A stretch of DNA of 43,505 nucleotides from Parcubacteria bacterium SG8_24 (GCA_001303185.1 LJNP01000003.1:1-43505), one strand, 5' to 3'. Counted from the stretch's first letter, positions 28,575 through 43,505 are shown. Numbers and translations are program-made. The notes: generated by a model from the letters alone, not told the origin.

Positions 28575-31500
28575 TCAGGCGGTGACCTCCTCTGTCTCTC
28601 TCTCTTCGTCCGGCGTCCCCCCTTCGGCCACGCCAGATGAACCGTAACCCGTACCGGCCGGTATGAGCCGACCGATGATGACGTTCTCCTTCAGGCCTTC
28701 CAACGGATCGATCTTACCCGTGACCGCGGCATTGATGAGCACCCGGGCGGTCTCCTGGAAGGATGCGGCGGACAGGAAGCTCTGCGTCGACAGGGCTACT
28801 TTGGTGATACCCAGGAAGAGCTCGTCGGCCACCGCCCCCTTGCCGTCCTTCTCTGTCACCGCGCGGTTTTCCTCGATCAGCTGGGCCTTCTCGACTATCT
28901 CACCGGGCAGGAGATCGGTATCTCCGGCGTCCTTGATATGCACCCTGGAGAACATCTGCTTGATGATCACCTCGATGTGCTTATCGTTCAGCTTCTGACC
29001 CTGTGAGGTATAGATCGATTGCACTTCCTTTAGGATATACTTCTGTACCGCCTCCTTGCCGCGCAGGCGGAAGAGCTGCTGCAGGTCCAGGCTGCCCTCC
29101 GTCAGGGCCTGTCCGGCCTCAACCTCATCACCGGTCTTCACGAACAGGACGTAACCGGGCGGAATGATGTACTCCTTGATCTTATCCATCTGCCTGACGA
29201 CCTTCAGCTGACGTTTCTCGAGACGCGCCGTCCCGGCGGCGGTCGCCTGGACCTTGTTGCCGCTGGCCTTGACCACCACGACCTGGCCCTCCTTGACCGC
29301 ATCACCCTCCTTGACCTTGACCTCATCCTTGGATGAGAACTTATAGGTCTCGCCATCCTCTTCCGAGTAGGAGACCTTGACGATCTTATGCCCGATATAG
29401 GGCGCCAACATCTTCTGTCCCTCCGGCCCCTCGATCATCCGCCTCTCGATCTCCTCGACGGTGACCGCGCCAGAGACATCGCTCATGAAAGCCTTGCGTT
29501 TGGGCGGCCGGGCTTCGAAAAGCTCCTCGACGCGGGGCAGACCTTGCGTGATGTCGGCACCGGCCACGCCTCCGGTATGGAAGGTGCGCATGGTGAGCTG
29601 CGTCCCCGGTTCGCCGATAGACTGCGCGGCCATGATACCCACGGCCGTACCGACCTCCACCGGCTCATTGTAGGCCAGATCGTGGCCGTAGCACTTCCGA
29701 CAGACCCCCTTGGAGAGACGGCATTCCATGACCGACCTGACGTGCACCTCATCCAGATCCATATCCTTGATCTCATCGGACAACTCCCGGGTGATCAACT
29801 CGCCCTTCCTGACCACCGCCTTACCGGTCCTGGGGTCCTTGATGGCTGAGGCCAGATACCGTCCCAGGATACGGGAGAGGACCGTCTCGTTCATCTCGTC
29901 ACTTTCCTTCTTGGTGATGAGAATACCTTCGGCGTCACCGCAGTCCTCCTCGCGGATCACCACGTCCTGGGCCACGTCAACCAGACGGCGTGTCAAGTAG
30001 CCGGCATTGGCCGTCCGCAGCGCCGTATCGGAGAGACCCTTACGGGCGCCGTGCGTCGAGATGAAGTATTCCAGGACATCGAAACCGTCCTTGAAGTTGG
30101 CCTTGACCGGCAGCTCGATGATGGCGCCGGCCGGATTGGCTACGAGCCCCTTCATGCCGACGATCTGGGTGAGCTGGCCCCAGCTGCCGCGGGCCCCGGA
30201 TTCTATCATCGAGGCCACGGATCCGCCGGTCGGCAGTTTCTCCTTGGAGAGCTTGGTCACCTGGTCCTTGACGTTGGTCCAGACATCCACGATCTTGGAG
30301 TGCCGCTCCGACTGCGTCAGCAGACCTTCCTGGTACTGTTCCTCGATCTCCTCGATCTTGCGGTCCCCGCCCTCGACCAGTTCGCGCTTCTCCTTGATGG
30401 CCGGCAGGTCGGCCATGCCCCAGGAATAGCCGGAGACGGTGATGTAATGGAAACCCAGCTCCTTCATGTCGTCGAGCAGCACCGTGGTCCGTTCCCGGCC
30501 GTAGGTCTCCAGGCAGCTGCGGACGATATCGGTGAGCTTCTTGGAATCGAGCTGCTCGTTAACGTAGGGGTGGTCCTTGGGCAATACCCGGTTGAAGAAG
30601 ACCCGACCGACATTGGTCTCCACCGGCTTGGCCCCGGTCTCGAGCCGGACCAGTATCTTCTCGCGCATCTCGATCTTCCTCAGCCGGTAAGCCACGATCG
30701 CCTCCTTGGTGTCGGTGAATACACGGGGCTCCTCGCGGTCGCGCGGCGGGATGAATGACGTCATGTAATAGATGCCCCAGGCCACGTCCTTGTCTGGTTT
30801 CATGATCGGCATCCCGGTGGCCGGTTTGAGCAGGTTCATGACCGAGGACATCTTGTCCCGGGCCTCAGCCTTGGCCTCTTCGGTGAGCGGTACGTGAACC
30901 GCCATCTGATCACCGTCGAAGTCGGCGTTGAAAGCCGGACAGACCATCGGGTGGATCTGGATCGCCTTACCCTCGATCATCCGGGGACAGAATGCCTGGA
31001 TACCGAGACGGTGTAGGGTCGGGGCACGGTTCAGCAACACCAGAGAATCCTTGGTGATCTCCTCGAGGATATCCCAGACCTCCGGATGATCCTGGTCGAT
31101 GAACCGGTTGGCGCTCCTGATGTTATGGACATACCCCCGCTGGATGAGCTGGGATATGACGAAAGGCTTGAAAAGCTCGAGGGCCATCATCTTGGGCAGA
31201 CCGCACTCGTTGAGCTTGAGCCCGGGACCGACCACGATGACCGAACGCCCGGAATAGTCGATGCGCTTACCGAGCAGGTTCTGCCGGAAACGGCCCTGCT
31301 TTCCCTTGAGGATGTCGGCCAGGGATTTGAGCTGGCGCTTCTTGCCGGTAGCGGCCACGACCGTCTTCGACTGTCGGGCCGAATTGTCGATCAGGGCGTC
31401 GACCGCCTCCTGGAGCATGCGCTTCTCGTTCCTGGTGATGACCTCCGGAGCGTTGAGCTCGACCAGTTTCTTGAGGCGGTTGTTGCGGTTGATGACGCGC

Positions 31501-32510
31501 CGATAGAGGTCGTTGAGGTCGGACGCCGCGAACCGGCCGCCGTCGAGCGGCACCATTGGCCGCAGATCCGGCGGAATCACCGGTATCACGGTGAGGACCA
31601 TCCACTCCGGCCGGATCCCGTTCACCTGAAGCGAATGCATCAGCTTGACCCGGCGGACCAGCTTGTCGTACTTGGCCCCCACCGCCGCCTCCTCCATCTG
31701 CTCGTTCAGGAACTCGGCCGTCTTGTCGATGTCTATCTTCTCGAGAAGCTTGCGGATGGCACCGGCTCCGATGTCTGCTTCGAACAGGTGGCCGTAACGA
31801 AGGGACCATTCCTGGTAAGTGTGTTCCGAGATGATCTTGAGCGGTACCAGCTCCTTGAGTTCACGATCCACGGAACGGAAGTCCTCATCAAGGGCCTTCA
31901 TCTTCTCCGTCTTCACCTCGAAGGCCTGATTGAACAGCTTCTCCCGCTCCGCGTCGGATGACGCGTTCTTCTCCGCTTCGGACACGGCCCGCTTGTACTC
32001 CCCGTCGATCTGTTTCTTCTTCTGCTTATATTCCGCCTTCAGCTGTTCCTGCGTGTCCTTCTTCAGCTCCTCGTCGACGTTGGTGACGATGAAATTAGCG
32101 AAATAGATCACCTTCTCCAGGTTCTGTACCGACAGGTCGAGCACCAGGCCTATCTTGGAGGGAACGCCGCGCAGGAACCAAATATGGGAGACCGGCGCGG
32201 ACAGCTCGATGTGGCCCATGCGCTCACGGCGCACCAGGGAATGGGTCACCTCGACGCCGCACTTGTCGCAGATGATGCCCTTGTACCGCACCTTCTTGTA
32301 TTTGCCGCAATAGCACTCCCAGTCCTTGGTGGGGCCGAATATCTCTTCGGCGAACAGGCCACCCTTCTCCGGTTTCTGGGTGCGGTAATTGATCGTCTCC
32401 GGATTGGTCACCTCGCCGTAGGACCACTGGCGGATGGTCTCTGGGGAAGCGACCTTGAGCCGCACGGCATCGAAGTCTTGTATCTTGAACTGTTCGACGA
32501 TGGGATTCAT
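28575..32510 (-). CDS. rpoC: RNA polymerase beta' subunit
   Basis: CYCGKYK..CDKCGVEVT, GRFRQNLLGKR, NRAPTLHRLG, catalytic NADFDGD, GEPGTQLTMRTFH, GLKENVIIG. Confidence 0.99.
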   Translation of the reverse strand: MNPIVEQFKIQDFDAVRLKVASPETIRQWSYGEVTNPETINYRTQKPEKGGLFAEEIFGPTKDWECYCGKYKKVRYKGIICDKCGVEVTHSLVRRERMGHIELSAPVSHIWFLRGVPSKIGLVLDLSVQNLEKVIYFANFIVTNVDEELKKDTQEQLKAEYKQKKKQIDGEYKRAVSEAEKNASSDAEREKLFNQAFEVKTEKMKALDEDFRSVDRELKELVPLKIISEHTYQEWSLRYGHLFEADIGAGAIRKLLEKIDIDKTAEFLNEQMEEAAVGAKYDKLVRRVKLMHSLQVNGIRPEWMVLTVIPVIPPDLRPMVPLDGGRFAASDLNDLYRRVINRNNRLKKLVELNAPEVITRNEKRMLQEAVDALIDNSARQSKTVVAATGKKRQLKSLADILKGKQGRFRQNLLGKRIDYSGRSVIVVGPGLKLNECGLPKMMALELFKPFVISQLIQRGYVHNIRSANRFIDQDHPEVWDILEEITKDSLVLLNRAPTLHRLGIQAFCPRMIEGKAIQIHPMVCPAFNADFDGDQMAVHVPLTEEAKAEARDKMSSVMNLLKPATGMPIMKPDKDVAWGIYYMTSFIPPRDREEPRVFTDTKEAIVAYRLRKIEMREKILVRLETGAKPVETNVGRVFFNRVLPKDHPYVNEQLDSKKLTDIVRSCLETYGRERTTVLLDDMKELGFHYITVSGYSWGMADLPAIKEKRELVEGGDRKIEEIEEQYQEGLLTQSERHSKIVDVWTNVKDQVTKLSKEKLPTGGSVASMIESGARGSWGQLTQIVGMKGLVANPAGAIIELPVKANFKDGFDVLEYFISTHGARKGLSDTALRTANAGYLTRRLVDVAQDVVIREEDCGDAEGILITKKESDEMNETVLSRILGRYLASAIKDPRTGKAVVRKGELITRELSDEIKDMDLDEVHVRSVMECRLSKGVCRKCYGHDLAYNEPVEVGTAVGIMAAQSIGEPGTQLTMRTFHTGGVAGADITQGLPRVEELFEARPPKRKAFMSDVSGAVTVEEIERRMIEGPEGQKMLAPYIGHKIVKVSYSEEDGETYKFSSKDEVKVKEGDAVKEGQVVVVKASGNKVQATAAGTARLEKRQLKVVRQMDKIKEYIIPPGYVLFVKTGDEVEAGQALTEGSLDLQQLFRLRGKEAVQKYILKEVQSIYTSQGQKLNDKHIEVIIKQMFSRVHIKDAGDTDLLPGEIVEKAQLIEENRAVTEKDGKGAVADELFLGITKVALSTQSFLSAASFQETARVLINAAVTGKIDPLEGLKENVIIGRLIPAGTGYGSSGVAEGGTPDEERETEEVTA

Positions 32511-32553
32511 AGGCTTGTGGTCATGATGGCGAACGATGCGTCAGGATGGATGC

Positions 32554-36072
<3,519 letters not shown>

Positions 36073-36371
36073 AAAGAGACGTGGAGATCTCCCCTGCACC
36101 GGGGTTTTATTATTATGGTAGGTGGCGACGTGCGCCGCCCATCCTTCGTCGTGACACCCATCCTCACGACCGCTGTGGAACGATGGGCGTGGTATACAAA
36201 AATAATCCCCTGCCCTCCGTTGCTCACGAGCATCCGCAGACAGGGAAATCTCGACTCGGCCTCGATTTAGGTTATGATGCCGGTCAACATCGCGTTATTC
36301 GCTGATCCACGATGACCACCAGGAATCATCGTCATTCCTCTCTATCCTTAATAGGAGAGAAGTTCGGCATG

Positions 36372-36400
36372 ATGATACCAGATTCAATCTACACCGTCAA
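36372..36400 (-). promoter_or_regulatory. sigma70 promoter for rpoBC (about 290-nt leader)
   Basis: TTGACG-N17-TATCAT with extended -10 TG. Confidence 0.65.
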
Positions 36401-36571
36401 GTACAAAACCCCCAACTTGTCAAGTATCGACATTTTTTGCCTAAATTAAGCGTTTATTTTACGTTCTCATATCGATCGGCCAGACTCGTGACCGACCCGA
36501 CCCGACCAGACGCCGCCGGTCTGCGCCGGAACGGCCGTCCGTACGTAAAAACGGCTCCGCAGCCGGCCCGA

Positions 36572-36600
36572 TTGACAATTGCCGTCGCTTCTGTTAACGT
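36572..36600 (+). promoter_or_regulatory. sigma70 promoter for the Cys-rich ORF
   Basis: TTGACA-N17-TAACGT with extended -10 TG. Confidence 0.6.
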
Positions 36601-36779
36601 GTTATGTTCGCACGGATTCTCGACAAGTGACCAAGGAGTGCCTAACGGGATAACGCGCGACTGGAACCTGTACCTTTCACTGCGATCGCCGCAGCATCGT
36701 CCGTCCCGATGGTCGGGACGTGTCATGAGCTCGGACCAGGTGGCCCGGAAGGGCCTCCCCAACCGCAAGGAGAAGGAAA

Positions 36780-37517
36780 ATGAAAAAGAAAGGCCAAGGA
36801 CATGGCGACGGGAGGGGTGGCAACGGGGCCACCGGGAAAAACGGACACGACACGGAGAAGACCCGCTATCGGTGCCGCTCGGCGGGCTGCGAGATGAGGG
36901 GCACGGCCGACATGATGTTCAACCTGCCGTGCAATCCCGGTCGGGTGACGGAAGAGGAACTGCTGGAGAAAGTGCTCTGTCACGCCTGTGCCTCTTCTGT
37001 CGCGTCCCTTGCCGGCAAGGAGCCCCGCGACAAGGGATCTGGCGTCTTCCCGCTCAGCCGGACCTTCGAGCTCCGACGTCGGCTCAACCACCGACGGTCC
37101 GAACGGCAGAAGGAGCTCGACGACTACCGCCGCTGGGTCGAGGAGAGCAACTACCGGAGGACGATCCGTGATTATGCCATCCGGTATGCCCAGGCCGAGG
37201 TCAGCGAACTCTTCGGTGACGGCTCATTGGCCGGCTCGCTCCCCCTGCCGCGGACTTCCGCTGCGCCCGACGGGTCCCTGTGCTGCGGACTGCCGATCGA
37301 GTGCTGCGGACACCACCGTCCGACCCGGCGTTTCCTCACCGTATTCGGTGAGGTCGTCGGCATCTGCGACCGGGCTGCCAGCGTCTTCATCGACGTCTTC
37401 CGTGAGCACGAGGAGACCGAGGGTTTCCGACGGCTCCTCTCCACGTCAGATCTGGAGATGGCCCGGCATATCGCGGCCAAGTGGCTCGGTATCGGCCGGA
37501 GCGGCGCAGGCGGCTGA
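36780..37517 (+). CDS. Cys-rich hypothetical protein, putative zinc-binding
   Basis: AAGGAG SD; CRSAGC...CHAC and CCGLPIECCGHH...ICD clusters separated by a charged helix. Confidence 0.7.
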   Translation: MKKKGQGHGDGRGGNGATGKNGHDTEKTRYRCRSAGCEMRGTADMMFNLPCNPGRVTEEELLEKVLCHACASSVASLAGKEPRDKGSGVFPLSRTFELRRRLNHRRSERQKELDDYRRWVEESNYRRTIRDYAIRYAQAEVSELFGDGSLAGSLPLPRTSAAPDGSLCCGLPIECCGHHRPTRRFLTVFGEVVGICDRAASVFIDVFREHEETEGFRRLLSTSDLEMARHIAAKWLGIGRSGAGG

Positions 37518-37546
37518 AAGCGGCCCCTCTGAAGGAGACAGACGGA

Positions 37547-37720
37547 ATGGTAAGGAAACTGATCGCTGCCGCCCTGGTCATCGGAGGTGCCGCAGCGATT
37601 CTCCTGCCTGGTGGTATCCCCATCATCCTCGCCCTTCTGGCACTGCACCGGGCCAAGACGGCCCGTCTCAAGACTGAAGGCGAGCTGTCCGGCGACCCTA
37701 CCCACGCCGAACAGGCTTAG
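37547..37720 (+). CDS. small membrane protein (57 aa, helical hairpin)
   Basis: MVRKLIAAALVIGGAAAILLPGGIPIILALLALHR; AAGGAG SD; terminator follows directly. Confidence 0.6.
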   Translation: MVRKLIAAALVIGGAAAILLPGGIPIILALLALHRAKTARLKTEGELSGDPTHAEQA

Positions 37721-37744
37721 GCCCCGACCTCGTCGGGGCTTTTT
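37721..37744 (+). terminator. intrinsic terminator
   Basis: GCCCCGAC-CTC-GTCGGGGC-TTTTT. Confidence 0.8.
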
Positions 37745-37766
37745 CTTATCCACAATCCGACCCATG

Positions 37767-37795
37767 TTGACATGCCCAGAGGTCGCTTCTACAAT
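37767..37795 (+). promoter_or_regulatory. near-consensus sigma70 promoter with no convincing CDS downstream
   Basis: TTGACA-N17-TACAAT. Confidence 0.75.
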
Positions 37796-37801
37796 TCTGG
37801 T

Positions 37802-38092
37802 CATCATCGGCCGTTTCAGCTCCCCATGGTGCCTTCCGACCATCGACAGGGCGATACGCCGTCGGAACGGTTGCGAGTCCGGTTAAGCACGATCATGAAC
37901 GGGGAAAAGGTATGGCCGCGCTGCCGCCGATCTGCGCGACATGCGCAGTGACCGGGCATCTTCTGCCCGGAAAAAGACGCGGCGACCCAGGCCATCTTCC
38001 CTTCCGGGGAAGCAACCCTCTTTTGCCTTATCCCTGCCTCTGTATCGAACGCTTGTTCCGGACCCGCAACCCTTCCGGCTGGCGTATTTTTT
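37802..38092 (+). ncRNA. candidate ~290-nt structured ncRNA, family unknown
   Basis: About 30-bp closing helix (37853-37882 with 38058-38086), inner helices, two apical hairpins and a terminal U-run. Confidence 0.5.
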
Positions 38093-38168
38093 GACCTCCG
38101 GACACGTTGGTTTTTAAATAGGTAAATGGTATGCTGACCTCGGATTCCGTAAGGAAGACCTCTTGAAT

Positions 38169-40364
<2,196 letters not shown>

Positions 40365-40367
40365 TAC

Positions 40368-41105
40368 ATGACTCCGGTGACGACACAAGACAGGACAGCG
40401 ACCGATATCGGGACACTCCTGCGCACCAGGCGCGAGGAGTTCGGCCTGTCTCGGGAGAAGGTGGCCCAACAGACCGGTTTGCCGCTCAAGTACCTGGTGA
40501 CACTCGAGGAACAGGACCTGCATCGTCTACCTAACGACGTCTATACCCGGATCTACCTCAAGACCTATGCCCGTTTCCTAGGGGTGGATGATGCGGTAGT
40601 GGCCGGAACGCTGGCGCGGCTGAGACAGGTGCACCATCCTGAGGAGAGCGGCGATTTCGGTCCGGAATCGCGCCGGAAGCACCCTCGGACGTCCGTCCCG
40701 ACCAAGCATCTGCTGGTGACACCCAAACTCATCCAGCGGGCCCTCATCCTGTTCGCGGTCTGCGGTCTGGGCGTCTACCTGGTCTCCGCCGTCAAGGATA
40801 TCGTCGCGCCGCCGGAGATCTCCCTCTATAACCCTCGCGACGGATATGTCACTGCTGACAACAGCGTGATGGTCGAGGGTAAGACGGAGCGTGAGGTGGT
40901 GCTTCACATCAACGGCAAGATGGTACCGACGGATGAGGGGGGTAACTTCACCGACACGCTGGAGCTGCAGACCGGCCTTAACGTGATCAAGGTCGTCGGC
41001 ACCAAGAAACACAGCAAAGAGATGGTCATCACGCGCCGCGTGATCGTCCGGCCCTCAGACCGTCCGACAGCTTCGCTGAAGGACGTCCGGGAGGGGGGGT
41101 TGTGA
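40368..41105 (+). CDS. RodZ-like HTH (XRE) membrane protein with a C-terminal Ig-like domain
   Basis: IGTLLRTRRE..GLS..YL..LE..LP.DVYTRIYLKTYARFLGVD; one TM; PPEISLYNP.DG..V.GKTE..L.TGLNVIKV. Confidence 0.85.
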   Translation: MTPVTTQDRTATDIGTLLRTRREEFGLSREKVAQQTGLPLKYLVTLEEQDLHRLPNDVYTRIYLKTYARFLGVDDAVVAGTLARLRQVHHPEESGDFGPESRRKHPRTSVPTKHLLVTPKLIQRALILFAVCGLGVYLVSAVKDIVAPPEISLYNPRDGYVTADNSVMVEGKTEREVVLHINGKMVPTDEGGNFTDTLELQTGLNVIKVVGTKKHSKEMVITRRVIVRPSDRPTASLKDVREGGL

Positions 41106-41174
41106 CGCGGGCACTTGCCCGAACCGCGTAAAGCGGTTATATGACGACCGTTAAGTCATTCTCAATAACGCACT

Positions 41175-42257
41175 ATGGCGAACACGAATAAACAGGCCAA
41201 ACCTAAAGCTCCCGCCAAAGAGGCGGAAGCGCAGCAGGACGGACGATCGCGGGCAGTGGGAGACGCGATCGAACAGATCCGTCAACGTTTCGGCGAAGGA
41301 TCGATCATGAAGCTCGGAGAAGCCAAACGTAAGGACATCGAAGTCATCCCGACCGGCTGCCTGTCGCTCGACCTGGCGCTCGGAGTGGGCGGAGTGCCTC
41401 GTGGCAGGATCGTCGAGATATACGGTCCGGAATCTTCCGGTAAGACGACGCTGGCCCAGCATATCGTAGCCGAGGTCCAGAAACTCGGCGGTACGGCGGC
41501 CTTCGTCGACGCGGAACACGCCCTCGATCCGGCCTATGCGGCCAAGATCGGCGTCAACGTCAAGGACCTGCTGATCTCCCAACCCGACACCGGCGAACAG
41601 GCGCTGGAGATCGTCGAGACGCTGGTACGTTCCGGCGCCGTCGATGTGGTGGTGGTCGATTCCGTGGCAGCGCTCGTACCCAAAGCGGAGATCGAAGGTG
41701 ACATGGGCGACCAGCACATGGGTCTGCAGGCCCGACTGATGAGTCAGGCGCTCCGCAAACTGACCGGTATCGTCTCCAAGACCAAGACCACGGTCATCTT
41801 CATCAACCAGATACGCCAGAAGATCGGCATCATCTTCGGGAATCCGGAGACGACGACCGGCGGTACGGCGCTGAAATTCTACTCGTCGCTGCGCATCGAA
41901 GTGCGGCGCTCGGCCCAGATCAAGCAGAACGACAAGGTCATCGGCAATCAGGTGAAAGTGAAGGTGGTCAAGAATAAGGTGGCGCCGCCGTTCCGTACCT
42001 GCCAGTTCGATATCATGTATAACGAGGGCATCTCGGTGGCGGGCGACCTCATCGATCTCGGAGTCCAGACCGGGACGATCACCAAGAGCGGAAACAGCTA
42101 TTCCTGCGGGGAAGTGAAGCTGGGAGTAGGACGGGAGAATGCCCGGCTCTTCCTGCGGGACGAGAAGAAACTCATGAAGGAACTCCGCCAGACCATCATC
42201 AAGACAGTACGCGAGGCGGAGACGGCCAAGATGGCGCCGGAGAGAACCCCGGCTTAG
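41175..42257 (+). CDS. recA: recombinase RecA
   Basis: [65 protein letters not shown]. Confidence 0.99.
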   Translation: MANTNKQAKPKAPAKEAEAQQDGRSRAVGDAIEQIRQRFGEGSIMKLGEAKRKDIEVIPTGCLSLDLALGVGGVPRGRIVEIYGPESSGKTTLAQHIVAEVQKLGGTAAFVDAEHALDPAYAAKIGVNVKDLLISQPDTGEQALEIVETLVRSGAVDVVVVDSVAALVPKAEIEGDMGDQHMGLQARLMSQALRKLTGIVSKTKTTVIFINQIRQKIGIIFGNPETTTGGTALKFYSSLRIEVRRSAQIKQNDKVIGNQVKVKVVKNKVAPPFRTCQFDIMYNEGISVAGDLIDLGVQTGTITKSGNSYSCGEVKLGVGRENARLFLRDEKKLMKELRQTIIKTVREAETAKMAPERTPA

Positions 42258-42263
42258 ACCGAT

Positions 42264-42329
42264 AAAACGCCGGCCGCCCGGCCGGCGTTTTGGGCAGACG
42301 ATAAAAGCGTCCCCGTAGGGGACGCTTTT
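42264..42329. terminator. two tandem bidirectional terminators between recA and efp
   Basis: AAACGCCGGCC-GCCC-GGCCGGCGTTTT and AAAAGCGTCCCC-GTA-GGGGACGCTTTT. Confidence 0.8.
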
Positions 42330-42402
42330 GGTCGGTCCTAGAAGAAGAACGGTAATATCCGGATGAGGTCGCCGCCCGGACGGTCGGCCGCACCTTTTGT
42401 GG

Positions 42403-42966
42403 TCATTTCGCCCTCTCCACGTACAGGCCGCTCTCCGTATTGATGATGACCTCGTCTCCCTGCTCGATGAACAGCGGCACGTCAATCTTCATCCCGGTCT
42501 CGAGCGTCACTTCCTTCTTGACGTTGCCGGAAGCGGTATCGCCTTTCACTGCCGGCATCGCTTCCGTGACCTTCAGCGTCAGTTTCTTGGGCAGATCGAC
42601 GGAGAGGGGTGAACCCTCATGGAACAGCACGATGACCTCCTGACCCTCGGTCAGATAACCGCCCTTATCCCCGATTAGTTCGGCGGAGATGCCGAGCTGT
42701 TCGAAGGTCTCGTTGTCCATGAAATGGAATCCCGAATCGTCCCTATAGAGATACTGGACCGTCTTCCTCTCCAGTTCGGCCAGTTCGATCGCCTCACCGG
42801 CCTTGAAGGTATTGTCGAGGACCTTGCCGCTCTGGACGTTGCGGAGTTTGGTGCGGATGAAAGCGCTGCCCTTGCCCGGATTGACGTGCTGGAAATCGAC
42901 GACCTGATAGACGGCGTCCTTGAAGATGATGAACACGTCCTTCTTGAGTGAGGTGGTATCGGCCAT
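42403..42966 (-). CDS. efp: elongation factor P
   Basis: FQHVNPGKGSAFIRTKL (PGKG, modifiable Lys), QYLY, FMDNETFEQ, PAVKGDTA, VPLFIEQG. Confidence 0.98.
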   Translation of the reverse strand: MADTTSLKKDVFIIFKDAVYQVVDFQHVNPGKGSAFIRTKLRNVQSGKVLDNTFKAGEAIELAELERKTVQYLYRDDSGFHFMDNETFEQLGISAELIGDKGGYLTEGQEVIVLFHEGSPLSVDLPKKLTLKVTEAMPAVKGDTASGNVKKEVTLETGMKIDVPLFIEQGDEVIINTESGLYVERAK

Positions 42967-42976
42967 AATCCAACGG

Positions 42977-43505
42977 TTAATTCGTCGCTCCTTCCCCGGA
43001 GGTCGCGCCGAAGAGCTCTCCCGCGGGAAAAAACAATACGTCCCTGATGCTGGGGGCGTCCGTGAGCAACATTACCAGACGGTCCACGCCCAGGGCAATA
43101 CCGGCCGCATCCGGCATCGAACCTACCGCCTCCAGGAAAGCGCGGTCCAGCGGCGGGGTATCCTTGCCGGCCCGACGCCGCTCTTCCCGCTCCTGCACGA
43201 GACGCCGTTCCTGCTCCTCGGGATCGTTCAGTTCGGAAAAGGCGTTGGCCAACTCCAGGCCGGCACAATAGACCTCGAAACGCTCGGCCAGTCGGGGCTC
43301 GCCCGGTTTCAGGCGTGCCAAGGCAGCCATGGAGCGGGGGTAGTCATGAAGGATGGCCGGCCGCCCCTGTCCCAGATGCGGCTCGATGTCGCGCAGGAAC
43401 ACCTTGAAGAAGACGTCGTCGAAGCCGTCGTCGGGGCCGACCTCGATGCCCTCGGTCCGGGCGGCGGCGGCGAAAGCCTCCGGGTCATCGATGCCGGACA
43501 GCAGA
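42977..43505 (-). CDS. epmA: EF-P lysine ligase EpmA/GenX, 3' part (start lies beyond the window)
   Basis: DYPRSMAALARL..AERFEVY..GLELANAFSELND..EQ..R..MP..AGIALGVDRLVMLL; adjacent to efp. Confidence 0.9.
   Translation of the reverse strand, partial: LLSGIDDPEAFAAAARTEGIEVGPDDGFDDVFFKVFLRDIEPHLGQGRPAILHDYPRSMAALARLKPGEPRLAERFEVYCAGLELANAFSELNDPEEQERRLVQEREERRRAGKDTPPLDRAFLEAVGSMPDAAGIALGVDRLVMLLTDAPSIRDVLFFPAGELFGATSGEGATN

Noticed and set aside
37746-37754. Perfect DnaA box TTATCCACA, and the AT-rich stretch at 36400-36475, as oriC
   Set aside because: A single box with no cluster and no dnaA/dnaN nearby. It could at most regulate the adjacent promoter.

Overview
High-GC bacterial chromosomal window, most consistent with Patescibacteria/CPR. 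That assignment is an inference from 16S signature variants, an unlinked 16S gene, a short hinge-less SMC and no rimM between khpA and trmD. Core genes: clpP, DHH/NrnA phosphoesterase, smc, rpsP, khpA, trmD, 16S rRNA, four tRNAs (Ile-GAT, Phe-GAA, Pro-TGG, Gly-TCC), mgtC, a NUDIX hydrolase, galT, ruvC, yebC, rpoC, rpoB, ftsK, a rodZ-like gene, recA, efp and a partial epmA. These alternate with small, mostly monocistronic orphan genes that have their own sigma70 promoters. No integrase, transposase or CRISPR array was seen. Main surprises: (1) an intact tRNA-Phe nested, inside a 21-bp inverted repeat, between the 5' and 3' halves of a second interrupted tRNA-Phe; (2) two promoter-driven long rod-shaped ncRNA candidates, a 6S-like RNA at 7303-7484 and a ~290-nt RNA at 37802-38092; (3) an RpoD-like sigma factor with an Ig-like insertion, sitting in the usual rimM slot; (4) a two-class start-codon context, with core genes using U-AUG without a Shine-Dalgarno and orphan genes using a strong SD; (5) a single-domain Clp ATPase that keeps an MGF ClpP-docking loop. 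All protein calls come from motif recognition by eye; no database searches were run.
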